Source of the DNA: Trichoplax adhaerens
Lineage: Eukaryota > Animalia > Placozoa
Assembly (NCBI RefSeq): GCF_000150275.1
Contig: NW_002060979.1
Coordinates: 94,612 to 158,611 of the forward strand
Length of the DNA: 64,000 nt
Reading direction: 5' to 3'
Part shown: positions 49,441-64,000 of the stretch, in pieces
Position numbering within the stretch: the stretch's first letter is position 1
How the letters are laid out: every line of letters starts with the position of its first letter
The notes under the pieces: generated by a model
What the model was told of the DNA's origin: nothing
The model's database searches: none
Seen by the model: the letters and a program-made list of their open reading frames with translations, nothing else
Translations under genes and position numbers: made by a program

Positions 49441-49546
49441 GCACTATAGAGGTAAAAGGAAACATTCCTTGCACCTCTATGAGCGCGTTGCACCATAGAG
49501 GTAAAAGGAAACATTCCTTGCACCTCTATGAGCTGCGTTGCACCAT
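49441..49546. repeat. 49-bp tandem repeat x2, each copy an imperfect palindrome
   Basis: (c/t)atagaggt-aa-aaggaa-aca-ttcctt-gc-acctctatg is present twice. Confidence 0.9.
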
Positions 49547-49877
49547 TAGTAATCGTTGATTTTACGTTTTCATTCATGGACTACGAACATACTCAGTTCT
49601 AGACTACTAAACATGTCCCGCAATCATCGACATTGTACTATCGATCACTGTACCTAGAAGGACGCGTACTGTAAGTGCTAATAATATTGCAATAACAAGT
49701 AAGTCAGTAATTAAAACATCAATGGCTAATTGCCGCAATGGCTCAGGGTTGTAGTGATCTGTCTGGGTGGAATTGGAGCCAAATTGATAATCTAGTTCTT
49801 CAAAAAACTGCAAGATAGAATTGAAATCAACACTACAGTATAGCTGAACAACTTCCAACCATTAAATTATAATTATA

Positions 49878-50139
49878 CAGGGCCCGCTGCGCCTAGGGAA
49901 TAGCGGTCTTTATTTTCTACTCCCTTGTTGGCATGGTCGATGACCATTGGTCATGCATGATATTCCGCCATTGACCAATGAGTCAATGGCCAATATTTCA
50001 TTCTAATGAGGAAAAGCGATTCACGATGGCTGATTAGTCTATTTTTAATGGCGGTCATGCTAGTCACAATCAATACTTACTTTATTAGGGTATGCAGCTC
50101 TCCACCGCATCCGATCACTATATTCCCTAGCACATACTG
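49878..50139. mobile_element. Putative MITE/foldback element (about 260 bp)
   Basis: Inverted pairs ctagggaata (49893-49902)/tattccctag (50121-50130) and ccgccatt (~49965)/aatggcgg (~50047) share a centre near 50010. Outer ends are TA-CAG...CTG-TA. Confidence 0.5.
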
Positions 50140-51468
50140 TAGCTACTGTAATTAGCTGAAATCACGTCATACAACTGGTTATTGAACAGGCCAAAATTCA
50201 ATATTTGCATCTGGATTTGTTATTTCTGTGTTTGCCTGACTCTAAAAGCGATCAATATTGCATCATTGAATGATTTTTTAATGCTAGCTGTCAATGTCAA
50301 TCAACATCAACAGCGTGGTTGCCTGAAATAGGCTGTCCTCGGACAGAATACAGTGCACAAGTTTACCATTTTACATTTTGTATGTTGAAAGGCATGAATG
50401 ATGATAGTAATGTACTGTGCATGCAGTATAATAGAACGATATTGCATGCCCAATAATAAATGACAAAATCGAATTCAATAGTAAGCATCAAGGTACAGTG
50501 CATTAATGCAGTCTACGGCAATAAGTTAGTCCATCTTACGTTTTCCAAACTCTTACTTTATAACAAGGAAGATTCGCTCCAAATCTCCAGACAAGTCCAG
50601 TAGAGTGAAAGTATTGAACTAAACTTGATTGTTTCCTATACCGTTATACAGTTGAATAAAGCTAACAGTTTACTAACGGTATATTGCAAATGCCAACCAA
50701 TGCAATAACACTTTTACGACTAAGATAGCTGTCGATAGTTCATGAATTTAAACCAAATGATAACATATCAGGAATGCATTTAGGCAATGCTTTTATCTAG
50801 AGCCTCTTCTTTGGACTTGCACACTGCAAATTGCATGTCTAAGCGAATATGCTACTATAGTCAAGCAGGACAAGTGAAAAGCTGTAGTGAACTTATACGA
50901 AAGATAGAAACTCTATTGACATAAGTAGGGAAGATCTCATTTCGCAACAGTCCATCCATACAGTAATATTGAATGCAATACAATAATAATAATTATAAAA
51001 CAGCCAAAGGCAGATTCTGAATCCGAATGCTCCAAAGAAAGGATTAAAAATACTCAAGCTCTTTCTACTCTCTATATACGAGTGTTTAGCAAGAACACAA
51101 AGTGAGTATTTTGTACAACAGGGATAGGAACTTTTGCTGCATAAAGTTCCTTGTCAACAATCTCTACCTTCTACGACGGGCTCTACTTGCAGTCCAAGCT
51201 TGATAACCAAAGCTAACAAGGATTACATCAAGTCTCAGTTATAGCATGAACGGACATCTTAACATTTTTGATGAAAAAAGCCATTCGTTTTTCCAAGAGG
51301 TACTATCATAAATAACATGCAGGTGTATATGTATGTTACAGTTCTTGTCACATCCCATGTGTACTTGAGGCACAGTCTATAATATAACACTAATTTTTTC
51401 TCCATACGAGTATACTATTATCCTTCAATATTCGTTGGATAAAGCAACCATGTCGCCATTTATCATTG

Positions 51469-53911
51469 TTATGACGCTTTAACCTTAGCTTTCTTATTAT
51501 CACTGCATAGCATCACCATTCCATTCCATAAAAGTCTCAATACTTTCACAATCAAATAACAGATCGCAATCATCACCGCAAATACATCCAATAGATAGAA
51601 CTCATACCATTTCAAGTTATATTCCTCTGTTCGTAAATAATCGCCTCCGTTACAATTTAAAGCATATTCAACCCAATCGCCTGCTTCTTCAACGGGTTTC
51701 CTACCGTTAGGTCTATTCTTTATTATTTTTGATACTTTAGAAGCATTGCCGAGAATATCCTGATCGCTAGTTACTTTCATGACAGCATTATATAAATCAT
51801 CACTTGCTAGAGTTCTTATATTTAAAATAACCCCAATAGTTCTAGCTGTAATTTTGTTAGCATGTGCAATTTGATCTCCAGCTATTGGGATTCCAACCAT
51901 AGGTACGCCATGATAACCAGCTTCAAGAATGCCGTTATAGCCGCAGTGGGTAACAAATGCTTTAACTTGTGGATGGCCTAATAGATCATTTTGTGGTAAC
52001 CATTGAACTAATTTAAGATTCCTAGAGGCAACTTCATCGGGCAATTCTTCATCATACTTCCAGATGACATTATAAGGTAGCCGACGAAAGGCATAGAAAA
52101 AGATTTGCATATCCACGATATGTTTTAAGGCTGTTACAACTGTGCCAAAGGATACTACGATAGCACCCTTTGGATTAGACGTTATAAACCGTTCTAGGTC
52201 TGTAGGTAATGACTGTGCTGGTTTGGCTAGAATAGGTCCAACAAGCTTGCTACTTGGTGTTAAAGGCTGAGGATAATCGATTGCAAAATCACCATTAGCT
52301 ATAAGAAAACTTGCTCTTCTAACTTCATATCGAGGAATGGTTTTTAATCCAAGTTTGCTTGCATTTGTAACTGCATAAATTGGTTTGAAAATCAAATGGT
52401 TGAGGGCTGGTAATAATATAAGGTTAATAATAACATTCGCTGTACGCTCAATGAGGTTCATTTTGCTTGCCAGGCTATATTGAGGGATATAAGCTGGAGG
52501 GCTTGGAATATGATGTAACGAAGTAAACGGTTCCCCAATTCCAAGGGGAGATACATCAATCTGAATTGGAATATCGGCATATTCGGCTACTACCTGGCAG
52601 GCATAAAATATAGGATCGCATAAAATTGCATCTAAGAAGGAAAATAAATTTCATTTAATTACCTTGCGAACTATAATGGTGTCAAGTAGGAATAAATATT
52701 AAGTTTTAAACTAATATTCGAACAGGGACTTTTGACTATTAAATTAAAAGTCCCTGAATTTGATGTAATCATCCAGTAAAGATGACGCAAATTAACCGAG
52801 TTTGTCATGGCTCAAGTTATTCTTCGCTTATCAAGACTTTAGTAGGTTTAGATAATAATATACTGTATATATAAGACTTAATCGTAATGAGGACTACGAC
52901 GATATTGCAAAATTACGTACAGGATAGACTCCTAAAATAGGAACAGGTATAAATTTCGAACTAGCATTCTAATCGAACGACACAGTACCGTATTTAGCCA
53001 GACAGTAAATTTGCAATGCTTATCATGATGCTCGGCATTGCAGTTCGCTTAGACAATAACCTGCATAAGATTGCATTAAGAGTGTTACGGATAAGAATAT
53101 GTGTGCCACAATCGAATTAGCCGTTTATAAATGGATGGAATAAACTAAAAGAGATTGAACTTGACAGCGCTTGTCCTGCCTATCATCTTGCCTAATGTTG
53201 AACTATCAGTGCAATATACTGTAATGATGCAGTAAATTTTGAAAGAGCAAATCAGCCGTGTTTACCATGACTATATCTTCAATAATTTATATTCGAAACT
53301 TTGTTAATCTTCGTTAACAATCTACTGCACATTAAATTAGGCTACATCTAAGCATCATGTCGACGATCAGCCGTTCAACTATCCGACAACCTTATCTATT
53401 GCAAGTATTCACCAAGAACACCGTTTTAAAGTACATCGTAGAAATGATATTGCAGACAAATTATATAATTATTGCTAACTGTATATTGTTATGTTATACA
53501 CTAAAAGAGATCGGATCGGAACTTACCAAATCTTTCTGCTCTAAATTCTTGGAGTAGAGTTAGATTATCGCTGACGGCTTGGGATCCCGTGACGAAAAGC
53601 TTAGTAATACAGGGTGCAAGAAGGGGATCATTAGTTTTGATCGAATTAGTTGTACATATAGCTAAATCTTCTTGGACCACTTTTGTTGGATAGTATTTGA
53701 CTATGAGCTTTATTTCTGGAGGTAATTGAATGAAGGACGGTAATGCCATGATTACTGTATGACCTCTTTGATGCAATTCTTGGCCAACAGAAGCCACAAC
53801 AGCAGCATGACTATAATAGTGCGGTGCCATTGCCAAAATTTTAGCACCAAAGCTACCATTAACATAGATTGCCAAGCTAACTGCGAACAAGACCCAGATT
53901 ATCTGGCCCAT
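51469..53911 (-). CDS. UDP-glycosyltransferase (GT1, UGT family), 2 exons (53911-53527 and 52631-51469), 515 aa
   Basis: Signal peptide, catalytic His (YYSH), the UGT signature WLPQNDLLGHPQVKAFVTHCGYNGILEAGYHGVPMVGIPIAGDQ, a C-terminal TM helix and a KVKAS (KxKxx) ER-retrieval signal. The phase-1 GT-AG intron joins ERF-D-AILCD. Confidence 0.95.
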
Positions 53912-55763
53912 CTGAACTATTTTAACTTCCTAATTGTAATTCAAGATCTAACATGAGCCATAAAATTGAAGGAATGGATAGAAATAGAGCCACAAATACT
54001 GGCTTTAAGGAAATTATGGAAATTAATCGTGAAGGCTTCTAGGCTAATTAAAAATATGGACAGCAAGGCCAAATAATCCTAACCACTCAATCTTTGACCT
54101 TATATACAGGAGGTACTCAATCATTCCATTATGCAATATGGTACAGTAGAACAGGATCCATGTAAACAAAATAGTTAGAGTAGATATATATAGTCATAAG
54201 GATCGTCGTCGATACTCATACCATACTCCATGGATACTTGTGCAGTATCATATCGAATATAATTAATGCTAGAAAACCAAAAATAAATGAATTTAAGACC
54301 ATTCTTGATGAAGTTCAGTATCAATCTTTTACTTCAGTTATACAAGAAATAAATGATTAAACCCTAATGTATTATTGGAGTATTACAATGTATCTTACTA
54401 CAAGAGTACATGCAATACCTAATGGTCTCATTGAGCCTGAAAAACTAGACTATTAATACTTCGACTATTCAGCACCCTGATATCGTTGATGGCAAGGAAT
54501 CAATTGTAGTTTTCAAGAAGAAATCACCTTGAAGATGAATACTGTAGAAATAGCTATTATATTAGCACACACACATCCAGCTACCTATGCGTGTGTTAAT
54601 TAAATTGTTAATCCAATCGCCTGTCGTATGTTATTAACCTTCCAAGTTGATATACTGTACCTACGTGTATTCTTGAAATGCCGCAATTTACTCTTGAATA
54701 AAAATTGATATTATTGTTCCATAAATCAAGGTAATATAGCCAAGTTTGACAAGAAATGTTAGTTCTTGTTTTAATATTTCAAACATAATCTATCACTGTT
54801 ATCTCAATGGTCTTGCATACGTGATCATTTTGTTCGTAAATAGTATTTATTATCTTTCACACGACTATGCAATTTACTTTCCATGGCTATAATTCCTTTA
54901 ATAGCGGCAAAAAACTTTCCACACAGTATGCACCTTCATTTCGTTATCAATGAGTAACTACCAGTAGCAAATGAGGGGTTATAACTATTTAATCATGTTT
55001 ACAATCGAAATTTAATAAGCGTATAATGGCGTCTATCATTTACTTATACAACAGTATTCATTTCTACATTTGGTAATTTATCGAACGCTTGAAAATTTAA
55101 CAGTAGACAACTTTTTAAAGCCTTAGATATAACAATAGTGATATTGAAGTTACTTAATCGAATACCATCCAACCGATTTCTACAAATAACATTTTGTATT
55201 CCTGTTATATTTCTTAAATAGTCAAGAGTAGTGAGTGCCAAATTAAGTACCTGCATATACGTACACAATGATAATATTTCCTCCACTATATTACATTGTC
55301 GAACCGCAACATATTTAATCTATGACGACGTTATGAGTAGTGCCAAAAGTTATTCTTATACAGTACAGTACCAGTACGCTAAAATGTATGAAAATTACTC
55401 AATCAATTACCTATAGATATTAATTTTAACAATCACATGCCACGTAGTATACTGATTCACTACAAAGTTTGTGCGTCAATGTTAACTATTACTTGATAAC
55501 ATGAAAGAAATTGAAAAGTATCTTGTTTACGTAGGAATCTATATCCCCTACATTCCTACATTCTTTAATTATAGTAACTGTCTATCACGACACTAATAAA
55601 TAACTTGCAAGATTACAACGGCTAGTTTATAACAGATGCTCAAAAATTATTTTTATAGGTAAGAGATACCATAATCAAGGATTCAACTTAATTTTAAATT
55701 CTAGTTTTACATTACTAATTGAACGATCTAGATATTATACCGTTAATTTCAATTTTTTTATAA

Positions 55764-61870
<6,107 letters not shown>

Positions 61871-62965
61871 CTATACATTATAAATAAGAAATAACGTTAT
61901 CATTAATTTTGATACAGCAAAAGAGTTTCATGACATCTGTCCAAGAGCATTCATTTATGCATACTAGATGATGAAAGAAAATAGTGTAGGCTATACGTAA
62001 TGGTTTTCATCAATTAAAATTTTAGTTATCCCTTTTTTTACCATCGATCTGATTGAGAGTATCAACACGATAAGACAAATTGATTTTTACTCTTCAGGCA
62101 ACGAGTCATCTGAATTGATCGAGCCACTTAATGAAATGAAATATTATTATTTTAAACTACGCTAACCGAGTATAAAATGATGCTATGCTATTATGAATAA
62201 ATCAGTCCTTTCGTTAATCATTAGATCTCTTTATGAGTTATTAGAATAATAACGGAGTAATTTCTATTTCACTCATTTAATTATCAACATACGAAGACTA
62301 AAAGGACTAAATATTAAAGCTAGTTGTAAACTGCTGTTTGTGTATTCACGTAGTAAACCATAATGCCAACAAAATGACTCCATGACACATATATGGCGCT
62401 GTCGTTGATTGCTATTCGTAACAACACCGATTCTCTTATGATAAACTTAACACTGTTGGATATCTTGTGGGTCTATTTCATTCCGTTGACCACTGCTGCT
62501 GTAAATAGCTTTAATCAACAAAAATATAACAGAAGATGACATTTCATGATCACCATTGGATCACTGCAGTGGATTTCTTTTGAAATCGTTTCCACTAGGC
62601 TGCTTAAGAACGAATTTATATTTCATATTCGTTGTCTGCAATATAATGTAACAGTTCTAGAAATGGCAGCTTGATTGAGACTTGATCATACTTGATAAAA
62701 TGACTAAAACAAGCTACCATCAGGGAAGAGTATACTGTATCGCTAAATATCAAAGCATCCATTCAAAATAGGCTTTTGATGGCAATTGCAGGCTTGTATT
62801 GTCGTTGAAATTTTTTAATTTCATTTCTGTTGTGATTATTCTAATATAGTCAAGTTAATCCTAATTTGAGTCATCAATAAGGCAATAAAAGGATAAGGCA
62901 GTAAAATCAACGCATAAATAACACTAACGAATCTTATTGATTCATTGCACAAGCTAGTACCATTT

Positions 62966-63830
62966 CAAAATAAGCATGTCTCTTCTACAATTCATGTAGA
63001 TGAGCCTAGACACGATATTGCCACTCTACTGTACATTAGAGTAAAATTAATAGGAATAGGATTATCCTTAGTATGACTTACTATCAATAAAATACATGCA
63101 AAATGTGTTCTTCTATCGATCCAGTTTACAATGAAAGATATTCAATCTCTCTACAGTAGGTTAATTAAAATTACCATCACTTAACATACCATGACAAATC
63201 AACATGGCCATGAATAGACTACGTAGGGGAAAATACCCAACATTGCATCGATATTACGAGCGAATGGACAGCCCTTCTATCCATCCAGTTTACAATGAAA
63301 GATATTCAATCTCTCTACAGAAGGTTAATTAAAATTACCATCACTTAACATACCATGACAAATCAAAATAAGCATGTCTCTTCTACAATTCATGTAGATG
63401 AGCCTAGACACGATATTGCTACTCTACTATACTATACATTAGAGTAACATTAATAGGAATAGGATTATCTGCGGCTAGACGTAAAAATTGTCTTCTTCTA
63501 TTGAAGTAACTTCCAAACTGTTTCGTATTAGGTCGATCGGATAAGAGGTTTTCAACTACTTCTAGCGATCTATTGCCCTCCGTTCCAAGTAGATTAGTAG
63601 AGTTCTTGTTTGAGTTAAAACAACTTAGTAGGACTTACTATTAATAAAATGCATGTAAAATGTGTTCTTCTATCGATCCAGTTTACAATGAAAGATATTC
63701 AATCTCTCTACAGTAGGTTAATTAAAATTTTCATTACTTAACATACCATGACAAATCAACATGGCCATGAATAGACTACGTGGGGGAAAATACCCAACAT
63801 TGCATCGATATTACGAGCGAATGGACAGCC
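62966..63830. repeat. Complex nested direct duplication (blocks A-B-B'-A-unique-B)
   Basis: Block A (caaaataagcatgtctc...aggattatc) at ~62966 and ~63364. Block B (gacttacta...gaatggacagcc) at ~63075 and ~63633. Partial B at ~63283-63366. Confidence 0.9.
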
Positions 63831-64000
63831 TGATTTGTGTACCATAGCTTGAAATGAAATATCTTGAACACATCAAAATCCTCATGGCTTCATTTCTCAT
63901 CATAAACGGACATAATCATATTACAGTTTACAAGTTGATACATGTTTTGTCCATTGAGGGAGAGTTTTTAACTCTTAGTAGCTTTATACTACTAGTAGAT

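Larger units (their letters stand above)
45990..49444. repeat. Right arm of the inverted segmental duplication (partner about 20-4235)
   Basis: Reverse-complement colinearity with the window start across the upstream region, OMT exons, intron and 3' flank. Confidence 0.88.

Noticed and set aside
49383-49858. Two minus-strand ORFs (64 and 83 aa)
   Set aside because: One runs through the 49-bp repeat, and neither shows recognisable homology or transposase motifs.

Overview
AT-rich, intron-dense eukaryotic genomic DNA. The compact short-intron style fits a basal metazoan such as a placozoan, but this is inference. Contents: (1) two paralogous 2-exon CCoAOMT/COMTD1-like O-methyltransferase genes lying in a ~4 kb inverted segmental duplication (about 20-4235 versus 45990-49444); (2) a multi-exon TTLL3/TTLL8-type tubulin monoglycylase; (3) four minus-strand copine genes (C2A-C2B-VWA, about 24 coding exons each), one with a degenerate Ca2+-binding C2A domain; (4) tRNA-Glu(TTC); (5) a 2-exon UDP-glycosyltransferase; (6) several tandem and nested repeats plus a small foldback element. 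The most striking non-genic signal is heavy enrichment of TACAGTA/TACTGTA. Comparing duplicated segments within the window shows exact 5-bp CAGTA/CTGTA insertions after a TA, which is the canonical Tc1/mariner excision footprint. All gene models were read by eye, so small exon boundaries may be off by a few bases.
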